This document shows, piece after piece, positions 9,210 through 19,326 of a stretch of DNA of 64,000 bases. Source of the stretch: Acidobacteriota bacterium (GTDB taxonomy: Bacteria > Acidobacteriota > Terriglobia > Bryobacterales > Bryobacteraceae); assembly GCA_043755595.1 (NCBI GenBank), contig JAYUSQ010000106.1:39598-103597 (forward strand). Direction: 5' to 3'. The notes under the pieces are model-generated. The model ran no database searches. It worked only from the letters and a program-made list of their open reading frames with translations, and had not been told where the DNA came from. The translations under genes and the position numbers were made by a program. Positions within the stretch are counted from its first letter, which is position 1. Each line of letters starts with the position of its first letter.

Positions 9210-10151
9210 TTGTCACGCGCCATTCCTGTCGATGGACTAACTGTGACCATCCGCCGAGTGGCCGCCAGGATTCTCCTCATCCCTTTGTGGATGTTTCTGG
9301 CTGGCCTCGGCGGAGCCACTTTGTTGAAATGGGCGCCGGGGGCGACGGTTGATGAGCGGGAGGTGGACCCACGTTATGGGGCCGAAGCTCTGGCCGTTAT
9401 CCGGGCCGGCCGTCAGAAAGAAGATGCCAGCGCACTCTCATACTATGGATCGTTTCTCGAACGAGCCGCTCGTGGCGACTTGGGCCGGTCCGTTGCACGG
9501 GGTCGGCCGGTGAGCGAGTTGCTGGAGGGCCGGATCGGCGAAACCTTGCGCGTAGCCGGCGGAGGGCTGACGATTGCGTGGGCTGCTTCGCTTGGACTGG
9601 CCGGCGCGTGGCTTGCCACCGGGTGGAATTGGTTGGATCGGCTGGCGATGGCGGGTGGCAGCGTAGTGCTCGCCGTGCCTTCGGCGGCCATTGGCGTTTT
9701 GTTTCTGCATTGGCAATGGCCGATTGCGCTGGCGCTTGGGCTGGTGCTGTTTCCGCGCCTCTACTCTTATCTACATCACATACTCGCCGCCGCGCAGCAT
9801 TTGCCGCACGTCTGGCTGGCGGTCGCCAAGGGCTTGCCGCGTTGGGCGCGCGCGCGCCGCCACGTCATTCCGCATGCGCTGCCGGCTTTGCTGCCGGTCG
9901 CGGGGTTGTCGGTCAGCATGGCGATTGGGGTACTGGTTCCGCTGGAGGTTTTAGGTGACCGGCCGGGCATTGGACAGTTGGCCTGGCAATCGGCAACCGG
10001 GCGCGATTTACCTGTGCTGGTGGTGTTGACCTGGATGGTGGCAGGGGTGACGTTGGTTGCCAATTTAGCGGGCGATCTGGGTTCGGAGTGGTCTGCCGAG
10101 CGGTTGGGCCGGCCGGCGGGCGGTCCGGCGGTTGTCGAGGTGCGCCATTGA
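9210..10151 (+). CDS. Peptide/nickel ABC transporter permease (DppB/OppB-like).
   Basis: 313-aa hydrophobic ORF with multiple TM segments. First gene of a four-gene ABC cluster. Confidence 0.8.
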   Translation: MSRAIPVDGLTVTIRRVAARILLIPLWMFLAGLGGATLLKWAPGATVDEREVDPRYGAEALAVIRAGRQKEDASALSYYGSFLERAARGDLGRSVARGRPVSELLEGRIGETLRVAGGGLTIAWAASLGLAGAWLATGWNWLDRLAMAGGSVVLAVPSAAIGVLFLHWQWPIALALGLVLFPRLYSYLHHILAAAQHLPHVWLAVAKGLPRWARARRHVIPHALPALLPVAGLSVSMAIGVLVPLEVLGDRPGIGQLAWQSATGRDLPVLVVLTWMVAGVTLVANLAGDLGSEWSAERLGRPAGGPAVVEVRH

Positions 10152-10960
10152 GCCGGCGCTGGTCCCAGAGAATCGCTCAGAGCTATCTACTAGTGCTGAC
10201 TGCGCTAGCCGTGGCCGGTCCAGCGCTCCTGCCCCAAGGCTACGCCGAGCAGAATCGCGAAGAGATTTCGGTGAACGCATCGATCGCGCATCCGCTTGGC
10301 ACCGACGATTTGGGCCGGGACCGCATGACGAGATTTTTTGAGGGCATGCGCGTGTCGATGCTGCTCGCGCCTTTGTCGGCCCTGATCGCGGTGGGCGTGG
10401 CGGCGCTGACCGGCGTGTGGGCGGGGTGGCGAGGCGGCTGGTGGGAGCGGTCGCTAGACGGCGCATCCAATCTCTTTCTTTGTTTGCCGGGTTTTTTCAT
10501 ACTCATCACGGTGCGCGCGGCATTGCCGCTCGATATTTCGCCCTGGACTTCGGTGACGGTCACGTTCGGGTTGCTTGGTCTGCTTGGGTGGGCCGCTCCG
10601 TGCCGGGTGATTTGCGCGGCGACACGGTCGCTGTCGGGGGCCGCGTTTGTGACAGCGGCGCATGCTCGCGGAGTCAGGCGGTGGCGCATCGCCTTTCGTC
10701 AGCTGCTACCGAACCTGCGCCCGGTGCTGGCCGCGCAGTTCTGGACCAGCGTTCCGTTGTTCCTGCTGGCCGAGGCGAATTTGAGTTTTCTTGGTCTGGG
10801 TGTGGCCGAACCCTTACCGAGTTGGGGGTCGATGCTCAGGGAGCTGGAGCGGCCCGGACTGATTGCGGCGCAGCCGGCCGCACTGGCTCCGGTACTTGCG
10901 CTTGCGTTGTGTGTGATGGCTTTGCAGGCGGCCGGGCCATCGCGGCAGGTGAACGCATGA
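10146..10960 (+). CDS. Peptide ABC transporter permease (DppC/OppC-like).
   Basis: Hydrophobic ORF. Start is probably a TTG/GTG overlapping the upstream stop near 10146-10151. The track ORF begins at 10088. Confidence 0.75.
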
Positions 10961-12597
10961 TCAAGCTCGCGGCCTTGCTCTTGGCCGGCGCCGTTGCGGC
11001 GTCTTCGCAATGGGGCGGCACGCTGCGGTTTGCGGTAAGCGGTGAACCGAAGGGAATGCATCCGTGGTTGGCGGCCGACGCGCCGTCGCAGGCCATCGCC
11101 TATTTGACGTCGGCCGGGTTGATCCGAATTCACCGTGTGACCCAGAAGGTGGAACCGGCGCTTGCCACGGCCTGGAAATGGTCCGAAGGGGGGCGCACGA
11201 TTACCTTTGAGTTGCGCAAGGGAGTGCGATTTTCCGACGGCGCACCATTTTCCGCTGAAGACGTGGCCGCTTCGATCCGTCAAGTTGTCGACCCTGCGCT
11301 TGTTTCGCCTCATGCCGCTGTTTTGCGTGTAGGCGGCGAAGCTCCGGTGGCGGCGGTGCTGACGCCGCTGCGAGTCTCCATTCGTTTCGCCGCGCCTCCG
11401 GCCGGGTGGGAGCGTTTGTTCGGGGATTTGGCGATCTTGCCCGCCGGCAACGCGAAGGCCGAGCCGCCGCCAGGGCTTGGACCATTCATGGTTACAGCGC
11501 GTAAAGCGGGTTCAGGCATGGTGCTCAGGCGCAACCCCTACTACTGGCGTTCGGCCGCGGGCGGGCGGGCGCTGCCGTATGTCGAAGCGGTGGAAATATC
11601 GGTGCAATCCAACCGCGAAATCGAGTTGCTGCGCTTCTCGCGCGGCGAATTGGATTTGATCAATCGGCTGGAACCCACCGCGTTTACGAGGTTGGCGGCG
11701 TCCCACCCGAAAGCGGCGCGCAATCTTGGGCCATCGCTTGACCCTGAATTGATGTGGTTCAATCAGACCGGTCAGGTGGCTCCGGCTTACAAGGCCGTCT
11801 GGTTCCGGTCGCGGCTTTTCCGACAGGCTGTTTCGTTAGCCATTCGCCGGGCCGATCTGGCGCGCATTGCCTGGCAGTCGCTGGCAACTGCGGCCGATGG
11901 CCCGGTGTCGCCCGCCAACAAGGCGTGGGTGAATGATTCGCTCGGGCCGGAGAAATTCGATGTCGGCCAGGCGAAGCGTCTGCTTGAGAAAGACGGATTC
12001 CGGCTGGTTGGCGGCCGGCTCCTCGATCGGGAAGGGCATCCGGTTGAATTCAGTCTGATCACCAACGCCGGCAACGCCGCGCGTCAGCGCATGGGAACCC
12101 TGATTCAGCAGGACCTAAAGGCGCTCGGCATGGAAGTGCGGCTGGCGGCGCTTGACTTCCCGTCGTTGATCGAGCGGATCTCGCGCACTTTCGCCTACGA
12201 CGCTTGCTTGCTTGGTCAGAATAACGTCGATCCGGACCCGAACGGGCTGATGAATATTTGGTTGAGTTCGGCGCCGAACAATCCGTGGCGGCCTTTGCAG
12301 GCTACGCCTTCGACGCTCTGGGAGGCCGAAATCGACCGGTTGATGCGAACCCAAGCGGCTACCCAGGATGCCGGTGCGCGCCGCAAGGCTTTTGCCCGGG
12401 TGCAGGAAATCGCCCGGATTGAAGAGCCGGTGATCTATCTGGTCTACAAGAATTTGCTTTCAGCGGTAGGCGAGCGCTTGCAAAACGTACAGCCCGCCTT
12501 GCTGTATCCCCATGTTTTCTGGAACGCCGACGAACTTTCGGTGCTTCCCGCCGCGGCAACCGCGACGGCCGCCCCCCAACTCTCCAGCCTACGGTGA
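10958..12597 (+). CDS. ABC transporter substrate-binding protein, family 5 (peptide/oligopeptide).
   Basis: Real start is ATG at 10958 (MIKLAALLLAGAVAASSQ signal peptide), overlapping the permease stop. The track ORF 10417.. is an upstream in-frame extension. Length about 546 aa. Confidence 0.8.
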
Positions 12598-14111
12598 ATC
12601 GAGAAATGAATCAGACTACACAGCCACCCAATGCCCAACCCGGGTCTGCCGCCCGCCGGGCGCTATTGTCAGCGAACTTCAGCGTGGATTTCCCCGACCG
12701 AATCGGTGTGGTTCGCAACGTCGAATTGCAGCTTGAACCAGGCGACATCGTCGGGCTGGTGGGCGCCAGCGGTTCGGGAAAGAGCACTATTGCTAACGCG
12801 CTCATGGGGCTCACCGGCCTGCAGGGAGGGACTACGCGCGGCGAGGTTCGGTTTGAAGGCGTGGAACTGCTGGGACTGAACGACGAGACCCTGCGCGCTT
12901 ATCGCGGCTTTCGCTATGCGATGGTGATGCAGAGCCCGTTAACGGCGCTGAATCCCGCCATGACGATCGGCCAGCAGATGTGCGAAGCGTGGCTCGCCCA
13001 CCGGCGCGACGATTGGGAAGGGCCGGTTTGCCAGGCGCTGGAAATGGCGAGTCTGCCGCCTAGCGCCGAATTCCTTGGACTCTATCCGTCGCAGCTCAGC
13101 GTGGGTCTGGCGCAGCGTGTGCTTATTGCGATGGCCATACTGCACCGGCCGTCGCTGTTGATTGTCGATGAGCCGACCAGTGCTTTGGACGTCATAACGG
13201 CGGGTGAAATTCTAACGCTGTTTCGCACTTTGAATCGCGAAACCGGGGCGGGGATTTTGATGATCTCGCACGATCTGGCGGCGGTCGCTACATTATGCAG
13301 CCGGGTCGCCATCCTGCACGAAGGTTCTATCGTTGAAAGCGGCCCTTGCCAGCAGATTTTCAAGAGTCCCAGGCATCCCTACACACGCCGCATGGTGACG
13401 GCGCTTGGCCACCTGAAGACCAGCGCCTTCGGATTGTTGGACGGGGGCGGAGATTTGGAAGATACGCAGGACGGACTGCTTCATCTGGACCAGGTCACGC
13501 GCCCAATGACGCCGTCGTTACTGGATCAAACGCGAGAATGGAGCGTGATCGAGGATCCAGGGTTCCCGCAGCGCAAAGACACGCGATCGGAGCTGGAAGC
13601 TTCGGCCCGCGCGTCGGCGAGTTCGGTCGATCAGGACGCCGATCCGGTGACAGGCCTGCTCAATTCCCGGGGACTGTTTCTGGCGCTGGACCGTGAAATC
13701 GCGCGGCTCCGTCGAAGCGGCAATTCTCTTTCGATGATCGTCACTTCGATCGACGGCTTTGCGGCGCTCAACGAGGAATACGGCCGCACCTGGGGCGAGA
13801 ATATCTTGAACTCGATAGCCCGTAAGTTTCGCGACCAATGTCGCGAGTACGACGTGTTGGCGCGGACCGACGCCGATGAGTTCGTCCTGGTCATGCCGGA
13901 GTTTCCCATTAAATTCCTGGAGGGCCGGATCGTCCGGCTCGAACAGGGCGCCGCAGCCGCCGCGGCCGAGGTGATTGGCGACCGGCTGACTTTTACGTTT
14001 ACGACAGCCTATGCGAATTGCCCGGAGGACGGGGCCGATGCCGAGTCTCTGCTCGCGGTGGTCGCCGAACGGCTCCATGAGATCCGACAGGAGCGGCTGG
14101 CCGAAGCCTAG
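12594..14111 (+). CDS. ABC transporter ATP-binding protein (DppD/OppD-like) fused to a C-terminal degenerate GGDEF domain.
   Basis: N-terminal half: Walker A LVGASGSGKST, ABC signature LSVGLAQRV, Walker B LLIVDEPTSALD. C-terminal half: GGDEF fold (DPVTGLLNSRG...IDGFAALNEEYGRTWGENIL...) with the active-site motif degenerated to RTDADEF, preceded by an intact I-site-like REYD. Confidence 0.8.
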   Translation: MNREMNQTTQPPNAQPGSAARRALLSANFSVDFPDRIGVVRNVELQLEPGDIVGLVGASGSGKSTIANALMGLTGLQGGTTRGEVRFEGVELLGLNDETLRAYRGFRYAMVMQSPLTALNPAMTIGQQMCEAWLAHRRDDWEGPVCQALEMASLPPSAEFLGLYPSQLSVGLAQRVLIAMAILHRPSLLIVDEPTSALDVITAGEILTLFRTLNRETGAGILMISHDLAAVATLCSRVAILHEGSIVESGPCQQIFKSPRHPYTRRMVTALGHLKTSAFGLLDGGGDLEDTQDGLLHLDQVTRPMTPSLLDQTREWSVIEDPGFPQRKDTRSELEASARASASSVDQDADPVTGLLNSRGLFLALDREIARLRRSGNSLSMIVTSIDGFAALNEEYGRTWGENILNSIARKFRDQCREYDVLARTDADEFVLVMPEFPIKFLEGRIVRLEQGAAAAAAEVIGDRLTFTFTTAYANCPEDGADAESLLAVVAERLHEIRQERLAEA

Positions 14112-14234
14112 CGGTCTACGCGCTTGAAACTGGACGCATGCCGCATACCGCCGATATCGAAAGTCTGCTGCCAGTGGCGGCCCACAATCGCCGCGAGTTT
14201 TTTGTGGCCAAGCTGGCCGCCGGTTTTGCCTTAG

Positions 14235-14945
14235 TTGTGGCCGGTGTATAACTATGATTCGCAGGGCCGAGTAACCAGTGTCGTGTTGCCGAACAGCGCG
14301 GGGACGACGAGTTACATTTATGAAGGCAATACGACGAAGGTCACGTCACCGGCTGGGAAGTGGAAGAAGCATGAAGTGGACTCGGAGGGGAATTTGGTGA
14401 AGGATACGGAGCCGAACCCGGCGGGCGGGGCGGATTTGTGACAACATATGGTTACAACGAGCGGAATCTCTTGACCTCGGTGAACATGACGCGGCCGAAG
14501 GGGACGCAGACTCGGACGTTTACTTATGATGTGAACGGCAAGGTGTTGACGGCGGCGAATCCGGAGACGGGGACGGTTACTAACACGTATGACTCGGAGA
14601 CAGGGTTGCTGCAACAGAAGGTGGACGCCAAGCTGAACAAGGTCACCTACTCCTATGACACTTACAAGCGGGTTATCGGGATCAATCGCTTTGAGTGGGT
14701 GATTCCGTTTGGCGGGGGCACCGGCTCTTGGGTGGAGCGAGTCGAACGGAAGACCGTGCTGGTTTACGACAGCAATGCGGCGGCGGGCTTCGATCCGGTG
14801 AATCTGGCCGGGCGGTTGGCTTACGTGGAGGCCTATGCCAAGCGGGGTGGCGCTGCGTGGAACGCCCCTGGGGGCGTGAATGCCTGGCAAACGATGACTT
14901 TCCGGGAGATGTATTCGTACTCCTCGGCAGGTTCGATGGCGAAGA
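14235..14945 (+). pseudogene. RHS/YD-repeat protein fragment, internally frameshifted and truncated at both ends.
   Basis: YD motifs YNYDSQGRVTSV, TYDVNGKVLT, TYDSETGLL, YSYDTYKRV. One frame shift at the 14439 junction (stop of ORF 14235..14441 overlapping the GTG of the 14438.. frame). An in-frame stop lies just upstream of 14235. Confidence 0.6.
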
Positions 14946-14989
14946 AACGGGAGATATCGCCCAGCGCGGCCAACAACACCTCTCGCCCG

Positions 14990-15600
14990 TCATCCCGCTC
15001 GCCGTCGAAGCCACTTTCAACACCTGGGCGATCGTCGACTTCCTCACGCCCTTCGTGCGGAAAATCGTCGTCAGCAACCCGCTCCGCACGCGCGCCATCG
15101 CCGACGCCAAAATCAAGACCGACAAAGTCGATGCCCTCGTCCTCGCCCAACTCCTCCGCCTCGACTATCTCCCGACGGTCTGGATCCCCGCCCCGCCACG
15201 CGCGAATTGCGCCGCGCCACCACCGAATGCACGCAACTAACTAACACAGAACCGCACCGCGCTCAAAAACCGCATCCACGCCATTCTGCACCAGCGTCTT
15301 CTCGACTCTCCCGACGGCGACTTATTCCTGCCTACTAACCTCGCCTGGCTCCGCGCGCTCGAGTCTCCACCCTCTCGGACGCTCTCAATTGGATTGCCTG
15401 CTCCGCCTCTACGGCCAGTTACAGATCGAGATCAACCAAGTGGGTAACTCCTTGGCCATGCACGCTTACTCCTCGCCGCCGGTGAAGTTACTGATGACGC
15501 TACCGGGAGTCGACTTAGCCGTCGCCGAAACGGTTGCGGTTTCAGACTTTCTGTCGAGTACGGGCGCGCGACCGTACCGGAGCGGTCTACGCCTGAGCTG
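14990..15600 (+). mobile_element. IS110-family transposase remnant (frameshifted, truncated).
   Basis: Frame 14695..15240 contains an IS110 N-terminal domain-like segment, VIPLAVEATFNTWAIVDF...KIKTDKVDALVLAQLLRLDYLPTVWIP. Frame 15389..15601 contains the C-terminal LLMTLPGVDLAVAETVAVSDF. Multiple frame breaks. Confidence 0.6.
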
Positions 15601-15608
15601 AAAATGTT

Positions 15609-16256
15609 CTACTGGACGATTGCAGCTGCCGTCTCACCGGCGGTGTCCAAGCGGATTTCCAGCTGGTGACAAGCGCCTGCGGCGAATGCGGCAACCTGTG
15701 AACTGGTTCGATAGCCCGGGGCGGAAACCGTGAGGCGATAGACGCCTGGCGGGAGAGGCGGAAAGCCGCCGTCGCGATCAGCCCACCGCGAGATTGGTCC
15801 GTCCGCCAGAATCCGGGTCTCTTCCGGAGCTTTGCCGCGGAAGCCAGCCACCGTAACGGTCAATGCGGCGTCGGTTGCGTGGAGGCTGCGAAGCAGGTCC
15901 AAGTCGTCCTGGACTTCGAGAGCCGGGGCCGCGAAATCGCATCGATCGCGAGAGAGCACGCCATCTTCGCCGGAAAGGTGAGCTTGGATGAGCAGCACTC
16001 CCGGTGGAGGGACGCCTTCCTCGGTTTCGACCACGACATAGCTCAAGCCAGGCGGGAGGCCGGTGATTGCTTCGCGTACTTGGAATCGATACTCGGGCTG
16101 GCGCCCTTCGCGATGACGCTCGGCCACCGCTTCGCCCAGGAAGAAAGCTACGCGCGGCTTGGCCAGACGCGCGCACAACGGCAGGCTGGCGCACTCCCCG
16201 GCGGCGGAAACGAACGCCGTTCCGAAGAACGCAACCACCAGCAGCCATACAGCCAT
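15609..16256 (-). CDS. Hypothetical secreted protein with a carboxypeptidase-regulatory-like beta-sandwich.
   Basis: ORF 15609..16343. The likely start MAVWLLVVAFFGTAFVSAAG is a signal peptide. GVYRLTVSAPGYRTSSQ resembles a CarbopepD_reg-like motif. Confidence 0.5.
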   Translation of the reverse strand: MAVWLLVVAFFGTAFVSAAGECASLPLCARLAKPRVAFFLGEAVAERHREGRQPEYRFQVREAITGLPPGLSYVVVETEEGVPPPGVLLIQAHLSGEDGVLSRDRCDFAAPALEVQDDLDLLRSLHATDAALTVTVAGFRGKAPEETRILADGPISRWADRDGGFPPLPPGVYRLTVSAPGYRTSSQVAAFAAGACHQLEIRLDTAGETAAAIVQ

Positions 16257-16299
16257 GACATCCTTCGTCCTGTCGGACGCGTGCAGAGGGCGGCGGGTT

Positions 16300-18972
16300 T
16301 CAATCGAAGCGCAGCGCCGTGATTGGGTCGACCCGGGCGGCACGTAGCGCAGGTGCTAGCGACGCTATGGCGCCGATCAGGGCCAGGCCGATCACGGGTG
16401 CCGCCACACTGCCGGGGCTCGTGGGCGTCACGCCGTATAACATCGCTTCCATGAGGCGGGCCGCAGCGATTCCGGCCGGTACGCCTGCGAGAAGCCCGAT
16501 CGCCATGATCATGCCGGCTTGCGAGAGCACCCGTCGCGCCATATCGGCCGGCGTCGCACCGACGGCCAGACGGATCCCGATTTCGCGGGTACTCTGCACG
16601 ACGCCGTAGCTGAGCACTCCATAGAGTCCTACGGCGACCAGAACGATCGACACGACCGAAAAGAACCCAGCCAGAAGTGCGAGGACACGCTCCTGCACCA
16701 GGACGTTGTCGATGAACGCCGATTGAGGCGTTACGTCACCGATGCGGAGCGCGCCGCCGCCGCCTACACGATCCAGTTCGGCTTGCACCAGGGCTTGCAG
16801 CGCGGTGGGGTTCAACTGGGTGCGCACGATGACGGCCGTTACTTTGGCGGGGAGCGAGGGCCAATACAACGTAGGCGGGGCCGGATCGCGGATGCTTTTG
16901 TAGCGGGCGTCGCGCACAATGCCAGCGATGGTTTGGGGATACTCTCCCCTTCGCCCGAGCCGGATTGCGAAACTTTTGCCCACCGCGGACTGACCTGGAA
17001 AATAGAGGCGCGCAAAACTTTCGTTGACGATGGCGGCCGATGGCGTTTCGGTTGCGTCGCGCCAATCGAAATGACGCCCCTGGAGCAGGCGGATGTTCAT
17101 GGTTTCAAGAAAACCCGGCGATACTTCAAGCAATGCCGGGCTCTCTGGGGCGTGGCCCGGGATCAAAACGGCGATCGCCGTTTCCGGCCCTTCGAAGAGA
17201 GCAAAGCCCGACATGCCTGCGGATTGAATTCCCGGCCGCGCTTGGAGGCCGAGCATCACTTGCCGCCAGATCGGCCCCGCCGACTTCCGGTTCAAGCCAG
17301 TCGCTTCGACGCTCACGACTGTCAGATTTTGGGGGTCAAAGCCGAGATCGCTGCGCACCAGCTTCACAAATGTGGTGAGGAACAGGCCGGCGGTGAAGAG
17401 CACGACAAAACCCGCTGCCGTCTGCGCCGCAACCAAGGGCAGGAAAAAGCGCGTGGAAGCCGAGTGCCTGGCGCCTCCGCTCTTCAACGCTTCGCTGGAA
17501 GCGACCGCCGAAGCACGCAGCGCCGGGATCAAACCGAATAGAAACGTGACCAGGCTGCCGAGTCCGGCAAGGAAAGCGATCGCGCGCCAGTCGAGTTGAA
17601 GATCGAGGCGAATCGCGTTGTTGGAGGGCGACAACAGGGCGACGACTTGCGGGGCCGCTGCGAGCGCAATCAGCGCGCCCCCTGCCATGGCTGCGATGGC
17701 GAGCAACGAACTTTCGACGAGAACCTGCTGGATCAACCGGGCACGGCCGGCTCCAATGGAGACTCGCAGCGCCATCTCGCGTCCGCGTGAAGCGGTACGC
17801 GCGACCAGAAGGCTGGCGACGTTTGAGGATGCAATGAGCAGAACGAGCAGGGCAATTGCGGCGAGGACCCATAGCGGCTGCTCGAAGCTTTGTCTCACTC
17901 GCGAGGCTCCGTGGGCGGCGGGCCGCAGGTGGAGCGGGGTGTTTACCCATTTTTCGATATGACTGGGCGGTTCGTCGGCGGGGAATTGCCGCTCACGCCG
18001 GAAATTCACGGACATGGCCTGGAGCAATTCGCGCGCCTGAGCGGCGGATATGCCGGGCTCCAGGCGGCCCCACAGGCGAAACCAATTCGCGCCACTATTG
18101 GCGAGCGCATCGCCGTGCCACATCATGTTCGGTACCCAGGCATCGGTCATGAAACCCGGCTCCACTCCGGTGAAGCCTTTTTGTGCGACACCGACGATTT
18201 GAAATCGTTTGCCGTTGACCGTGAACCACCGGCCTAAGGCTGCTGGGCTTCGTCCAAAACGGCGGGACCAGAATTCGTAACTGATCACAGCCACCGGATG
18301 TTGACCGGGATTGGCGTCGTCAGCCGCCGTCAGTAGGCGGCCCAGCGCAGGATGGATGCCGAGAGTTTCAAGGGCATTGCCGGAGATCCACTGCGGGTAG
18401 AGGCGCTCACGGGCGCCGCTGCCTGCGCCATCGAACACGGCGTCATATCGGGTGAGGTAACTCATGCCGAAGAGCCGCACTTGTTGGCGGCTGGCTTCGC
18501 GCATACGTTCGAACAGCGGGTAATTGAAGTAGTCGCTATCTTGCTCGCTTCCGCCGGGGCGGTAGGCTCCATACACCAAGCCGCCGGGCTCGTGAACGGG
18601 GAGAGGGCGCAGAATCAGCGCGTCGATCAAGGCGAAGGCGGTGGTACACGCGCCAATCGCGAGCGAGAGCGAGAGGACGGCGGCCGCAGTTACGGTGGTA
18701 TTTTTGTGCAACTGACGCAGCCCGTAGCGGACGTCGCGCACGATCGAGTCCAGACGGGGAAACAGCTTGATTTCGCGGCTGGACTCGCGTAGCAGCAGTG
18801 AGTGCCCAAGCCATTGCTTCGCTTTCGCGTCAGCCTCGCGGGGAGATAGGCCATCACGCATGAACTCTTCGGCGCGCGCGGCCAGATGGAACTGCATTTC
18901 CTCATCGAGGTCCGCGTCCACGCGTTCGCGGCGCAACACGTTGACGAACCGCCAGAGCCAAGAGCTAAGCAT
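16300..18972 (-). CDS. FtsX-like ABC transporter permease of the ADOP (MacB-like duplicated permease) family.
   Basis: 890-aa ORF. N-terminal cytoplasmic leader, then TM, periplasmic domain and FtsX repeats. The start overlaps the PadR gene stop, an arrangement I recall as typical of PadR-ADOP pairs. Confidence 0.85.
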   Translation of the reverse strand: MLSSWLWRFVNVLRRERVDADLDEEMQFHLAARAEEFMRDGLSPREADAKAKQWLGHSLLLRESSREIKLFPRLDSIVRDVRYGLRQLHKNTTVTAAAVLSLSLAIGACTTAFALIDALILRPLPVHEPGGLVYGAYRPGGSEQDSDYFNYPLFERMREASRQQVRLFGMSYLTRYDAVFDGAGSGARERLYPQWISGNALETLGIHPALGRLLTAADDANPGQHPVAVISYEFWSRRFGRSPAALGRWFTVNGKRFQIVGVAQKGFTGVEPGFMTDAWVPNMMWHGDALANSGANWFRLWGRLEPGISAAQARELLQAMSVNFRRERQFPADEPPSHIEKWVNTPLHLRPAAHGASRVRQSFEQPLWVLAAIALLVLLIASSNVASLLVARTASRGREMALRVSIGAGRARLIQQVLVESSLLAIAAMAGGALIALAAAPQVVALLSPSNNAIRLDLQLDWRAIAFLAGLGSLVTFLFGLIPALRASAVASSEALKSGGARHSASTRFFLPLVAAQTAAGFVVLFTAGLFLTTFVKLVRSDLGFDPQNLTVVSVEATGLNRKSAGPIWRQVMLGLQARPGIQSAGMSGFALFEGPETAIAVLIPGHAPESPALLEVSPGFLETMNIRLLQGRHFDWRDATETPSAAIVNESFARLYFPGQSAVGKSFAIRLGRRGEYPQTIAGIVRDARYKSIRDPAPPTLYWPSLPAKVTAVIVRTQLNPTALQALVQAELDRVGGGGALRIGDVTPQSAFIDNVLVQERVLALLAGFFSVVSIVLVAVGLYGVLSYGVVQSTREIGIRLAVGATPADMARRVLSQAGMIMAIGLLAGVPAGIAAARLMEAMLYGVTPTSPGSVAAPVIGLALIGAIASLAPALRAARVDPITALRFD

Positions 18973-19294
18973 GTTTCAAGACCCGGACGAGCGCCGCGTT
19001 CACGGTTAACCACCGCGCCTCTTCGGTTTCGAGCCATGTCCGGCCTTTCGCGGTGATCTCATACACTCGGGCGCGGCGGTTGTTCTCCGTGACAACCCAC
19101 TTGGCCTTTATCCAGCCCGCTTCTTCCAGGCGATGCAGGGCCGGGTAGAGCGAGCCTTCCTCCACCCGCAAAACATCTTGCGAAACGCTTTGGATCCTGA
19201 CGGTGATGCCATAGCCATGCTGCGGGCCGCTGCGGGCGAGGATTTTGAGGACGAGTAAGGGGAGAGAGCCTTGAAAGGCTTCTTGCCGGGCCAT
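18965..19294 (-). CDS. PadR family transcriptional regulator.
   Basis: 109-aa ORF. LPLLVLKILARSGPQHGYGI...GSLYPALHRLEEAGWI matches the PadR winged-helix consensus. Confidence 0.85.
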   Translation of the reverse strand: MARQEAFQGSLPLLVLKILARSGPQHGYGITVRIQSVSQDVLRVEEGSLYPALHRLEEAGWIKAKWVVTENNRRARVYEITAKGRTWLETEEARWLTVNAALVRVLKHA

Positions 19295-19326
19295 ACTCAG
19301 CAGTCTTACTCAGTTGTCGAAGTAAG

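Noticed and set aside
16519-17541. 340-aa plus-strand ORF.
   Set aside because: It is entirely embedded antisense within the ADOP permease gene 16300..18972. Its composition is Arg/Gly/Asp-rich, characteristic of spurious GC-rich frames.
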